From the IMG/VR virus record IMGVR_UViG_3300037780_000133: a DNA stretch of 49,109 nt; one strand, given 5' to 3'. The notes under the pieces were generated by a model. That model saw only the letters and a program-made list of their open reading frames with translations, was not told the origin of the DNA and searched no databases. Every line of letters starts with the position of its first letter. Position 1 is the stretch's first letter. The translations under genes were made by a program, and so were the position numbers. Source of the DNA: a virus. This document shows positions 33,578-41,960 of the stretch, in pieces.

Positions 33578-34746
33578 GACGACACCTCAGGCCAATTGAA
33601 ATGCTCCTGCCCATCCAGGATATGTCCCGCTTTGCGTTTACCGACTTTGCTCATGAAGTTGGCACCACCATCTTCATATTGTTGCGCCATCATCCAGTCC
33701 GCGTACCCGGCGTCCCACCATCCGTCCGAATGCAAGATCATCGTTTCGTATGACGAATTGGCCACATCCGTTTCCACCGGAACATTCGACCATTCGTATT
33801 GCGACCACGGCAGGAAATTTCCCCATTGCTTGAAGAAAAACGGCAGGCCTGACTGCGCACATTGATCTCGAATGGATCTCGCCCAATCCGCATGCATTGG
33901 GCGAGCACCTGGCCCGGACTCGCCACCCACGATCACCCAATCGACAGCAGCTGAATGATCTTGCTCAAACTTGTTGAGGCCTGGGCCCTCATGCCAGGCG
34001 CTGCCGTTGAGTGCGCTCTGGAAGAAATGGCCATTGCATATGCTTGTCAGATCAACGGGTCCCAGGAGGGGCTCACAGCTCAAAATCCGCTTTTCAGCTG
34101 GCGTCGCCAAAAGATCGGGAATTCTCTGCTCAGCGCGGCGTTGATCCTCAACCGAAACCCCCAACCACACATTGGGTAGCGGCCACTTCCTATCCAACTC
34201 ATGCCCTTTTTCCGCGGGCGTCCGGTTGGGAAAAAGCTTGCGCTGGACCTTAAATCCAGCCGAGTAAATTTCATGACACAATGTTCCGGGCCGGGAGGAG
34301 TCACCCAACAACCATCCATCGCTTTTTTCGCTCAGCAGGGAACGCATTCGCTCTGATCGTTTGGTAAGCACGATGAAAATGTGCTGCGGACAAAGTGCCA
34401 TAATGGCGAATACTCGCGCGACCCAATCTTCGAGAACGTCTTCGTGGAACAAATCGCCCATAGAGTTCACAAAAATGGCTCGAGGCTTCGACCAGCGCAG
34501 CGGTTTGGTCAGCACTTGTTCGGATGCGATGTTCAATCGCCCCGTCCAAACCGGCCCGGCCTTGGAGGGGACCGTTGTGCCCATGTACTGTTGCAGCTTC
34601 ATTTTCTCGAGCCGCGCAGCCATGCTCATCGCGTAGCAGTTCGTGCAGCCAGGACTGATCACGCTGCAACCAACTATTGGGTTCCAGGTCTCACCTTTGA
34701 AACCCGGGATATGCGTCCATTCGATGCCTGTGCCGTGCTTGGTCAT
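33574..34746 (-). CDS. Phage Gp37/Gp68 family protein (DUF5131)
   Basis: N-terminal signature TGIEWT ... WNPIVGCSVISPGCTNCYA. Confidence 0.75.
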   Translation of the reverse strand: MTKHGTGIEWTHIPGFKGETWNPIVGCSVISPGCTNCYAMSMAARLEKMKLQQYMGTTVPSKAGPVWTGRLNIASEQVLTKPLRWSKPRAIFVNSMGDLFHEDVLEDWVARVFAIMALCPQHIFIVLTKRSERMRSLLSEKSDGWLLGDSSRPGTLCHEIYSAGFKVQRKLFPNRTPAEKGHELDRKWPLPNVWLGVSVEDQRRAEQRIPDLLATPAEKRILSCEPLLGPVDLTSICNGHFFQSALNGSAWHEGPGLNKFEQDHSAAVDWVIVGGESGPGARPMHADWARSIRDQCAQSGLPFFFKQWGNFLPWSQYEWSNVPVETDVANSSYETMILHSDGWWDAGYADWMMAQQYEDGGANFMSKVGKRKAGHILDGQEHFNWPEVSS

Positions 34747-35150
34747 GAGAGATCACCGGATTGCGCCGGCAACGCCCTGATGATCGCTGCACGATAAAGC
34801 TCACAAACAGCCGCTTCCTCTTCGAGCGTGATCGCACCCGCTGCTCGCGCCGCGGCCAACGCGTCAAAACAACTAACGATCACATTATGCATCGCTGCGG
34901 CGACGATTTGTTCGTCAAAAACAAATCCGGGTATCGGTACGCATTGGCCGTGTATCAGGCCAATTCCAGCGACTTTGGTGACGCACTCTGCAGACTTAGA
35001 TCGAACGACCATCTGAATCTGCTGATCCTCGGTCAGACCCGCCGGCATATCGTCTACGTTTGGTTCCCAATCACGCACTAGCGCCCATGCAGCGCGATAG
35101 GCTTCGTTGATGGCTTTCGTCAGCCGCTTAGTTTTGCTCTCACTACTCAA
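34743..35150 (-). CDS. Hypothetical protein
   Basis: The ORF overlaps its neighbours by 4 nt at both ends. Confidence 0.45.
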   Translation of the reverse strand: MSSESKTKRLTKAINEAYRAAWALVRDWEPNVDDMPAGLTEDQQIQMVVRSKSAECVTKVAGIGLIHGQCVPIPGFVFDEQIVAAAMHNVIVSCFDALAAARAAGAITLEEEAAVCELYRAAIIRALPAQSGDLS

Positions 35151-35482
35151 AACAGCCTCCGCATGCCTTTTTTGGGTTTGGACTTTTCATCGAGAATTGA
35201 AGACAGCCGCTTCAGCGCCGCCTCAAATCCGAGATCCTCAGTTTCGCGAACCAGGTTGATGATATCGAACCCTTCGCCGCATGATTTGCAGCGTCCACCA
35301 CGGTGGTTTTCAGTTTCCCGAACGGCGAACTCCGCACCACAGCTCGGGCAGTCCCAACCGCGACGCGACGATCCTGCCAAACCGAGGTCGCTCGCAACCT
35401 CACCAAACTTGAGCGCGGATTTGAGCTTGTCCCTGGTGTGGGGAACGGCTGAAGGCCTGCCGGCGGAAAACAGATCAGACAT
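35147..35482 (-). CDS. Stand-alone primase-type (CHC2-like) zinc-finger protein
   Basis: CPSCG-x13-CKSCGEGFDIINLV resembles the DnaG N-terminal zinc finger. No catalytic domain follows. Confidence 0.5.
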   Translation of the reverse strand: MSDLFSAGRPSAVPHTRDKLKSALKFGEVASDLGLAGSSRRGWDCPSCGAEFAVRETENHRGGRCKSCGEGFDIINLVRETEDLGFEAALKRLSSILDEKSKPKKGMRRLF

Positions 35483-35484
35483 CG

Positions 35485-35877
35485 CTATTTCCGGGCACGA
35501 GCGACTTTGGACGGCAACGTGACTTCCAGTTTGTCGCCATCAACGATCTTCCACGAAGCCGCCGTTGAATTCCACGGCTTCCCATCTGCCGGGCACAAGC
35601 CAGTCGCTGACAATCGAACCGCACTGCCACGACTCGACTCTTTGGCTTCAAAAGGTCCCGTCCGATCCCGAATGAGTCGAACTCGATCCACCGCTTCACC
35701 AGCGGGGATCGCGATCCGATAACACTCCGATCCGGTCATTTCGCACTCTGATTGAACATCGTCGAAAAATCGAAAAGCGAGCACCCAGGTTCCTCCCCGG
35801 TACTGCCGCATGGAAACACGCACTCCGAGTTTTGGCGCATTCCCCGCTACAGGCTCGATATCGCTCCATGCTGACAT
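35485..35877 (-). CDS. Hypothetical protein
   Basis: An ORF in operon context. Confidence 0.4.
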   Translation of the reverse strand: MSAWSDIEPVAGNAPKLGVRVSMRQYRGGTWVLAFRFFDDVQSECEMTGSECYRIAIPAGEAVDRVRLIRDRTGPFEAKESSRGSAVRLSATGLCPADGKPWNSTAASWKIVDGDKLEVTLPSKVARARK

Positions 35878-35905
35878 TCATTCCTCCTATGGATTGAAAC
35901 CCGCC

Positions 35906-36544
35906 TCATACGAGCAGGCCTTTTTGTTCGTTTTGTCTGATTTTGAGGCCCTTGCTGGCGTTCCAGACCCAACCCCATCCATTGATGCGCGGGTTTGTTT
36001 TGTTCGAGGGCGCGGGGGCAGGACTGTCGAAGCACCATACCCAACGACCTGGATCCCAGTTCCCTACCGGACGAATGAGCCTACCTGAGAACCTTGACCA
36101 ATCGCCAAGATAAGTGTGGCCGAGTGAATCCTGTCGGTAAGGCCGAACACAATCCTGCATCAGACCTCCGGTGCGAAACGCTGCAACGAGCGTTGCGGAT
36201 CCAACGAACTTTCCAGCGTCGTTGTCTTCCCAATTGCGAAAGGCCTCGCGCCACTCTTCGAATGGCAACCCATGCAACATCGAAATCGCAGCCTTCGCTG
36301 ATTCAGAGAACGTCTTGAGCGGCTCCTTACTGGCGCCGACATGTAAACCAAGCTTGTGCCCGATCATTTCCGGAGGCGGACCATATGACGTGGTGAACCC
36401 CCACGTTTTTCCAGCGGCAAGCAATTGCATGACAGGGGACCGGCGCGTGATGCACCATTTGCCATCCTCAGGTGAAGAGTGACGATGCCATCGCGGATCC
36501 CGCGGTTGCCCAGTGCCCATGTACTGAAATTGCTGTTGCTTCAT
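35906..36544 (-). CDS. Hypothetical protein
   Basis: An ORF with an ATGA overlap with the methyltransferase gene. Confidence 0.45.
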   Translation of the reverse strand: MKQQQFQYMGTGQPRDPRWHRHSSPEDGKWCITRRSPVMQLLAAGKTWGFTTSYGPPPEMIGHKLGLHVGASKEPLKTFSESAKAAISMLHGLPFEEWREAFRNWEDNDAGKFVGSATLVAAFRTGGLMQDCVRPYRQDSLGHTYLGDWSRFSGRLIRPVGNWDPGRWVWCFDSPAPAPSNKTNPRINGWGWVWNASKGLKIRQNEQKGLLV

Positions 36545-37233
36545 CCGACCCTCCGCAATTTGCAGGGGCCGGGGGGATTACAGGTCAGCCGGCGATGCAC
36601 GAAAGGCCCGCTCGGCTCGCGCTCCCAACGATACCAGGCGTGCAGACGGGTCTGATTATTCGTGGGGCCTTCATACTCATCGCGATGCATTCGAAGGCGT
36701 TCACGAAACGGGAAATAGCCCGTGAAGTTCGGGCCATCCATCAGCTGGTCGCGATACTCACAGCGATTACCGCCCTGCTGAAAACCAAGCTCGAGCAGCA
36801 TGTAAACGCGAGGCGCCAGTTCAAGCGCATGGGCCACAAATCGAGCCGCTTTGCTGCCTAAGTCTTTCTCTCCGCCATAGGGCGGATTGGTTACCACTGC
36901 GAATTCGCGACTGCCGATCGTTTCAGATAGCACTGATGGGCTGTAATCGAAGAAGTTCACGTTCCAGGTCGGCGCCTGCAGGCCTTTCCCTGGCTTGCCC
37001 TTCCAACGAAGCTCGTACTGGTTGAGGTCGCTGGAGATGACCACGTGCCCTGCCGACTGCAGAGAAGCAGTGATCGCGCCGGGTCCACATGCAGGTTCCA
37101 AAATGAGCCGGCTTCCGGAACGAAGCCACGGATCTGCAGCGATTAAGGCGTGAACGGCTTCACGCGGCGTCTCATAGAGTTGGGCGTCATCATCGCCGTA
37201 ATTGTTTGCCCCGAGGTGGATGATCTTGGTCAT
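36541..37233 (-). CDS. N6-adenine (gamma-class order) DNA methyltransferase; orphan
   Basis: Motif I, ILEPACGPG, precedes motif IV, VVTNPPYGG. No endonuclease gene is nearby. Confidence 0.75.
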   Translation of the reverse strand: MTKIIHLGANNYGDDDAQLYETPREAVHALIAADPWLRSGSRLILEPACGPGAITASLQSAGHVVISSDLNQYELRWKGKPGKGLQAPTWNVNFFDYSPSVLSETIGSREFAVVTNPPYGGEKDLGSKAARFVAHALELAPRVYMLLELGFQQGGNRCEYRDQLMDGPNFTGYFPFRERLRMHRDEYEGPTNNQTRLHAWYRWEREPSGPFVHRRLTCNPPGPCKLRRVG

Positions 37234-37484
37234 GCCTTACCTCGCGACATGGCTTCGGCGCTCTGGCGTATGGCATCGAATGCTGACGCGGGCATTTCGT
37301 TGATGGCCTCGTCGACGGAAGGCGCCGTTGCGCCTCTCATCGAGAACTCAATCTGCTTGAAAGGCCGCTCGCGATACTGACGAGCGCGGATCTTGCCCTG
37401 ATCCCGACGCCGGCAACCATTTTCACGGGCGCATTCGTAAGGCCACGCGCAATCGCTGCAAAATGTCCCAGATCCCGACATCAC
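37230..37484 (-). CDS. Hypothetical Cys-rich small protein
   Basis: An ORF with 4-nt overlaps on both sides. Confidence 0.4.
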   Translation of the reverse strand: MMSGSGTFCSDCAWPYECARENGCRRRDQGKIRARQYRERPFKQIEFSMRGATAPSVDEAINEMPASAFDAIRQSAEAMSRGKA

Positions 37485-37918
37485 TGCGCCTCCAGATCGG
37501 CGGCTAGAGCGCTGAGAACCTGTTGGGAGTCATGGATGGCCTTTTGGATCTCGCGCTTTTCGGACTTGGAGATTTTCCCATCCTTCAGCGCATCCATGAT
37601 TTCTGCCGCCAGATCAGCGCTCTCGCGAACAGTGTTGGCCGCATGATCGAACCAGCTCAGTCGCGGACCCTCGAAATGTTCAATGGCCCCCTCATAGTGA
37701 TCCAGGATCGGCGTACCGCCGCCGGCATCGAAGCAGGCCTGATCCAACTTGATCGCGTCATCCAGGCGCAACATTTCAGAGCGGTTTGGATTGGCCGCGT
37801 GCGGGATCGTGTATCGATCTCGACCGATAGCAAGCGAAGCGTTTGAGAGACCGCCCAACGGCTTGGCTGCTCGCTCTATCGCCGCTTTCAATGAGTTGGG
37901 AGCTTTACGCGTCGTCAT
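37481..37918 (-). CDS. CII-like regulatory protein (candidate)
   Basis: ATG at 37918. The C-terminal DGKISKSEKREIQKAI helix pattern resembles the phage CII/CP76 family, but recognition is weak. Confidence 0.35.
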   Translation of the reverse strand: MTTRKAPNSLKAAIERAAKPLGGLSNASLAIGRDRYTIPHAANPNRSEMLRLDDAIKLDQACFDAGGGTPILDHYEGAIEHFEGPRLSWFDHAANTVRESADLAAEIMDALKDGKISKSEKREIQKAIHDSQQVLSALAADLEAQ

Positions 37919-38228
37919 TGGCCACCCCACTTCGTCGAAAAAACGATGCAGTGAGGGGTGGCTTGCAATACGCGATGAAACCCCAAGCACAGACCAGCAT
38001 GACTGGTGGGCCGCCCAGAGCCACAATCATCGTTACGGTCCAAACCAATGCTGCAATCAGCAACCACGCACCAAGCACCCAATGCAGATACTTCGTCTTC
38101 GTGACGGGTGGACGGATAATCATAATGATGGCGGTGATGAGCAAGCAGAACAGTCCAACCTGCCACCAGTAAAACCCGCTATCAGCGTACACACGCCAAT
38201 AGGCGGTGAGAAAATTGAATAGATTCAT
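37905..38228 (-). CDS. Membrane protein with 3-4 TM segments, co-transcribed with the HTH regulator
   Basis: ATGA overlap with the upstream regulator. Long hydrophobic segments are present. Confidence 0.5.
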   Translation of the reverse strand: MNLFNFLTAYWRVYADSGFYWWQVGLFCLLITAIIMIIRPPVTKTKYLHWVLGAWLLIAALVWTVTMIVALGGPPVMLVCAWGFIAYCKPPLTASFFRRSGVANDDA

Positions 38229-38506
38229 GCAGCTACCCCACTTTGATTTGGCAATTGGGGTAGAGAAAGCTGTGTGCCCGGGGCATTTTTCTCGGCATGC
38301 TCTCGCGCATCTTCTTCTACCCACTTCTTCAACAGATCATCGAAGCTCAGTCCGGTAACGCGCCGCATCCGAATCAGTACTGGCACGGATGGCAGTGCAT
38401 TCTCGCGTCTGAGGGCGACAAAAAAGCCACGAGAAATACCAAGCATTTCAGAAGCTTGCGTATCGTTCACGCCTTTGGCTGATTTCCAATCATCGAGAAT
38501 CGTCAT
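38225..38506 (-). CDS. HTH regulator of the immunity switch; Cro-like by its direction towards the lytic genes
   Basis: HTH segment DTQASEMLGISRGFFVALRRENALPS. It is divergent from a second HTH gene and has no SD upstream. Confidence 0.7.
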   Translation of the reverse strand: MTILDDWKSAKGVNDTQASEMLGISRGFFVALRRENALPSVPVLIRMRRVTGLSFDDLLKKWVEEDAREHAEKNAPGTQLSLPQLPNQSGVAA

Positions 38507-38522
38507 GTCGTTTGTAATATCA

Positions 38523-38564
38523 CACCAACATTTTCCGACAAGAAAATTGTTGGTGTCACCAACA
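38523..38564. promoter_or_regulatory. Operator cluster of the divergent switch region: CACCAACA (38523-30) and the 8-1-8 palindrome TGTTGGTG-T-CACCAACA (38548-64)
   Basis: Read directly. The sites lie in the 91-bp gap between the two divergent HTH genes and overlap candidate -35/-10 spacers. Confidence 0.6.
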
Positions 38565-38597
38565 GCGCGTGATTTCGCGCTGTGGCAATGTGCTCAC

Positions 38598-38948
38598 ATG
38601 AATAAGTTCGAACCACCGGAGTTGCACCTGGCGGCCTGGCGCAAAAATGCGGGCCTCACCCAAGAGCAACTTGCTCACAAGATTGGATACTCGCGTGGCC
38701 ACATCGCTAACTCTGAAGTTCAAACGACCAACGTGACTCTTCAGTTTCTGACCGCATACGCAGAAGGGGTGTCAGCTCCGAGCGTGCCTGCGCTATTCTC
38801 AAAGCCGGACGCCTTCAATCCAACATTGGCCAAACTGCAACAATACTTCTTGCAGATCGAGCAACCCGAACAACGCGATGCTGTCGTAAACGTAGCCAAG
38901 GGACTTAGTGAGCAATATGCCGGAGCCGCAATCGAAACTGAACAGTGA
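38598..38948 (+). CDS. XRE-family HTH regulator; CI-like candidate
   Basis: HTH segment AGLTQEQLAHKIGYSRGHIANSE. The ATG has no SD and sits about 8 nt after a -10-like GGCAAT. Confidence 0.75.
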   Translation: MNKFEPPELHLAAWRKNAGLTQEQLAHKIGYSRGHIANSEVQTTNVTLQFLTAYAEGVSAPSVPALFSKPDAFNPTLAKLQQYFLQIEQPEQRDAVVNVAKGLSEQYAGAAIETEQ

Positions 38949-39231
38949 GGCGGAACAAAGCGAAGAAACTGACGTGTCCAGTCTCGGAGTGTTGGGCGTT
39001 GTCCTGATGATTATCGGGACTTGCATATTGGGCTGGCATTTCTTCACTTCACCGGAAGTGATCGCGTACAAAAATGTCGATCCGGCGTTTACTGATGGAT
39101 TGGAAAGCTATGGGTTTGAGCGTGAAATGTTACGCGCGAGCTGGGCTTTATTTCTTGCACCAATCATAATCATCACAGGTGCAATATTTACTGCTGCGGG
39201 ATGCGTCGTGGCCGCAATTGGTAAGCGGTAA
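38917..39231 (+). CDS. Two-TM membrane protein in a locally AT-richer segment
   Basis: Two hydrophobic helices. The composition is visibly more AT-rich than the surrounding genome. An alternative GTG start lies at 38908. Confidence 0.5.
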   Translation: MPEPQSKLNSEAEQSEETDVSSLGVLGVVLMIIGTCILGWHFFTSPEVIAYKNVDPAFTDGLESYGFEREMLRASWALFLAPIIIITGAIFTAAGCVVAAIGKR

Positions 39232-39298
39232 GACAACACCGAATCTCCTACGATTTGTAGTCTGTGAAGTAACAATTTTGCCGGATAGGCAAAATAAA

Positions 39299-39339
39299 TT
39301 GTTGCTGTAATCAACATTTTTTTCTTGAAATTGTTGGTG
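39299..39339. promoter_or_regulatory. Second operator/promoter region: TTGTTGCTG (39299-307) and GAAATTGTTGGTG (39327-39)
   Basis: The string GAAA(A)TTGTTGGTG also occurs at 38542-38555. The site lies between -35-like and -10-like hexamers upstream of the ParB-like gene. Confidence 0.5.
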
Positions 39340-39399
39340 AGAGATGACAATAGGTCTCCTCACAGGAGAAACTGCATGTCTCACTCATCGCCAGATAAA

Positions 39400-39413
39400 C
39401 CGAACGCCGTTCG
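39400..39413. promoter_or_regulatory. Palindrome copy 5, CCGAACGCCGTTCG, in the leader of the ParB-like operon
   Basis: Read directly from the sequence. Confidence 0.5.
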
Positions 39414-39531
39414 CTTTGCGCAGGCTGAGCTGCCGAATTTTCCAATTCGCCGTGGTGACCGATCGGGATCCGCACGTCTGCCCGCAAGGGCCGCTTAAGC
39501 AGAGGCGGGGCCGGGCATTCCGTCGATAAGA

Positions 39532-41574
39532 ATGAACGGCCCCGAACTGACCAATATGGCAACCATTACTTTTGATAAGGATCTTCTGACGGCCATCCAT
39601 GAACATGGCCCAGATATCAAACCTGGCGCGCTCGCCGAAGCAGCTGGATTATCAAAGGCGAATATCGCTCGCAGCCTTGCGAACCACCGCAAGTCTGAAC
39701 TCGTTAAAGCCGAGACGCTCACGCTCACGCCAGAGGGCGCTCGGCTTGCAGGTGTGTCGCTGCCGCCCCCAGGACCGGCCGAACGCGAAACAGGGAATAC
39801 CCCGAGCTCTGTTTCCGCAAATGGCAGCGACACATCTGCGCCCCCAACATTGGCGCCTTGGGATCAGATCCGGCCAAGCGGACTGAACTATCGCAAGACG
39901 TTCAACCAGGACTCAATCGACGAACTCGCGGCCAGCCTGCTGAAGGAAGGCCAATTGCAAGAGATCGTCGTTCGCCGCGTCGTGCCCACATCCGACGATC
40001 AATTTCGGTGGGAGGTTGTCGCCGGCGAGCGAAGATGGCGGGCGTTCCGAGACCTCATCGATGCCGGCAAGCTGCCGAAGAACCATCCGATCCGGATCCA
40101 CCGTAAAGATCTCGACGATATCGAAGTGCTCGAAATTGCGGTTATGGAGAACCGTCAGCGCGAAGACGTGCACCCGATGGAAGAGGCGAGGGCGATCGCG
40201 GCCCTGCAGGACGCAAGGGTAAAAGCTGGAAACGTTTCAGACGCTCGCGCAGTCTGCCGCGAAATCGGCGAAAAACTTGGACTGACTGAGCGCTGGGCAC
40301 AGATCCGCGTCAACATGGTGCGCCGGCTTTCGCCAAAGGTTCAGCAGGCCATGATGGACGGCGTTTTCACAAGCGTGAAGTGGGCGGACGAACTCGGGCG
40401 ATGGCCGCATGAAATGCAGGAAAAGGCCGTCGAACAAATGAACGCTCGATGGGATCGGATCACCACCGAAACCGAGTTGAAAAATTGGCTGGCCGGGGAC
40501 GCCGTTCCGGTCGGCGAGCAACCCTTCGAAGTCGACGCCTATGTCGAGGCGGGTGGGACACTCAGCGAGCCCGACGACGAAGGGAATGTTCAGCTGGTCA
40601 ATTCCGGACTTGCCCGCACGCTCGCGGTTAAGGCCGCGGAGGCCGAAGCTGAGAAAATCACCGCGGACAAGAAATATCAGCGAGAGCACTCCCAGGAGTC
40701 CTATTACTCCGACTGGGCATATCCCGCGGCGAAAGACCTGAAGCCGAAACCACCGGAAAGCCTGCACCAGGTTCTATGCGTGATCGATCGCCATTCTCTG
40801 AAGGTCAAGCACTACCACCCCGTTGTGAAACGCGAGTCGTACGACGCCTGGCTGAAAAAGCAGAAAACACAAGTCACACCTGCTGATGGCGGCGAGCCAG
40901 TCAAAGCGCTGACACGCGGGCTTTGGAAAGCCGGCGCGATCGCGCGCACGAAAGCGCTACGCGAGGCGATCACCGACGACGTCAATATCGCCAAGGCGCT
41001 GATGATCTTGGCACTGGCTCCAAGATCGAGCTGGAACGCGACGATGGTTTGCGTTCGCCGCGATGAGCCCACGGGTGATGCTGGCGAAATCGGAATTGGA
41101 AGCGTTCATAACTCGCTCATTCTGACCAGCCGACTGGACGGTTTCAACAAAGATGGTGAGATCTCTGATCGCCGCAAAGCGCTTCTGTCTCTGATCGAAG
41201 ATCCTGAGCTGGTCGACCAGATCTTCACCGCCATGGTTGCCGACCTGACAGTCGATTGCCGCTGGACGGCCGGGCCCGGCGCGATGGGCGAAGCCATCGC
41301 CATGTGTGACGCAGGTTACGTTCACAATCCGGATGGCGAAATCGTAGATGCTGACTGGGCGAAGAAATATACGAAAGCTCAGCAGGCGCGCCTGATCGAC
41401 GCCTATGGTCTGTTTCTCGACACAGACGAAATCTCTCGCCTGAAAAAGAAAGATGCCGACGGACAGGTCGCCGAAGCGATTACGTCGGATCACCAGCCAA
41501 TCGAAGCGCGATTTGTCGACGAAAACAAAGCTCGCAAGCTCGAACAAAAACTACTCAACGGAGGAAAAGTATGA
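39532..41574 (+). CDS. ParB/Srx-domain protein with an N-terminal HTH and a roughly 400-aa uncharacterised C-terminal region; start may be 39556
   Basis: GERRWRA motif and upstream LQEIVV segment of the ParB N-terminal domain. The protein is 680 aa. Confidence 0.75.
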   Translation: MNGPELTNMATITFDKDLLTAIHEHGPDIKPGALAEAAGLSKANIARSLANHRKSELVKAETLTLTPEGARLAGVSLPPPGPAERETGNTPSSVSANGSDTSAPPTLAPWDQIRPSGLNYRKTFNQDSIDELAASLLKEGQLQEIVVRRVVPTSDDQFRWEVVAGERRWRAFRDLIDAGKLPKNHPIRIHRKDLDDIEVLEIAVMENRQREDVHPMEEARAIAALQDARVKAGNVSDARAVCREIGEKLGLTERWAQIRVNMVRRLSPKVQQAMMDGVFTSVKWADELGRWPHEMQEKAVEQMNARWDRITTETELKNWLAGDAVPVGEQPFEVDAYVEAGGTLSEPDDEGNVQLVNSGLARTLAVKAAEAEAEKITADKKYQREHSQESYYSDWAYPAAKDLKPKPPESLHQVLCVIDRHSLKVKHYHPVVKRESYDAWLKKQKTQVTPADGGEPVKALTRGLWKAGAIARTKALREAITDDVNIAKALMILALAPRSSWNATMVCVRRDEPTGDAGEIGIGSVHNSLILTSRLDGFNKDGEISDRRKALLSLIEDPELVDQIFTAMVADLTVDCRWTAGPGAMGEAIAMCDAGYVHNPDGEIVDADWAKKYTKAQQARLIDAYGLFLDTDEISRLKKKDADGQVAEAITSDHQPIEARFVDENKARKLEQKLLNGGKV

Positions 41575-41960
41575 GCGACAATTCCGCAGAATTGCTGATT
41601 GAGCATACGACGAAAATTGTGTGCGCCTATGCGTCCAACAACCAAATCCACAGGAATGACCTTCAGGGGCTGATTGCAGAAACGCACAATAGCTTGTGCG
41701 CACTGGGTGACACGGTCGACCCGCAACCAGAACCGGCGGTCCCAATCAAAAAATCGGTGACCGACCATCATATTATCTGCCTGGAAGACGGCGCGAAACT
41801 GAAGATGCTGAAGCGCTATTTGCGCACGCACTACAACATGTCGCCGGATGAGTATCGCGCCCGCTGGGGCCTGCCGGCAGACTATCCAATGGTCGCTCCC
41901 GAATACGCCCAACGACGCTCAGATTTCGCAAAGAAGATCGGCCTTGGAAAGAAATCATAA
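41571..41960 (+). CDS. mucR: Ros/MucR-family zinc-finger transcriptional regulator
   Basis: The signature ICLEDGAKLKMLKRYLRTHYNMSPDEYRARWGLPADYPMVAPEYAQRRSDFAKKIGLG is characteristic. Confidence 0.85.
   Translation: MSDNSAELLIEHTTKIVCAYASNNQIHRNDLQGLIAETHNSLCALGDTVDPQPEPAVPIKKSVTDHHIICLEDGAKLKMLKRYLRTHYNMSPDEYRARWGLPADYPMVAPEYAQRRSDFAKKIGLGKKS

Noticed and set aside
39532-41574. A plasmid-prophage (partition system) interpretation based on ParB
   Set aside because: No ParA, no plasmid replication initiator and no obvious parS repeats are present. An integrase plus a tRNA-derived attP candidate point to an integrative lifestyle.
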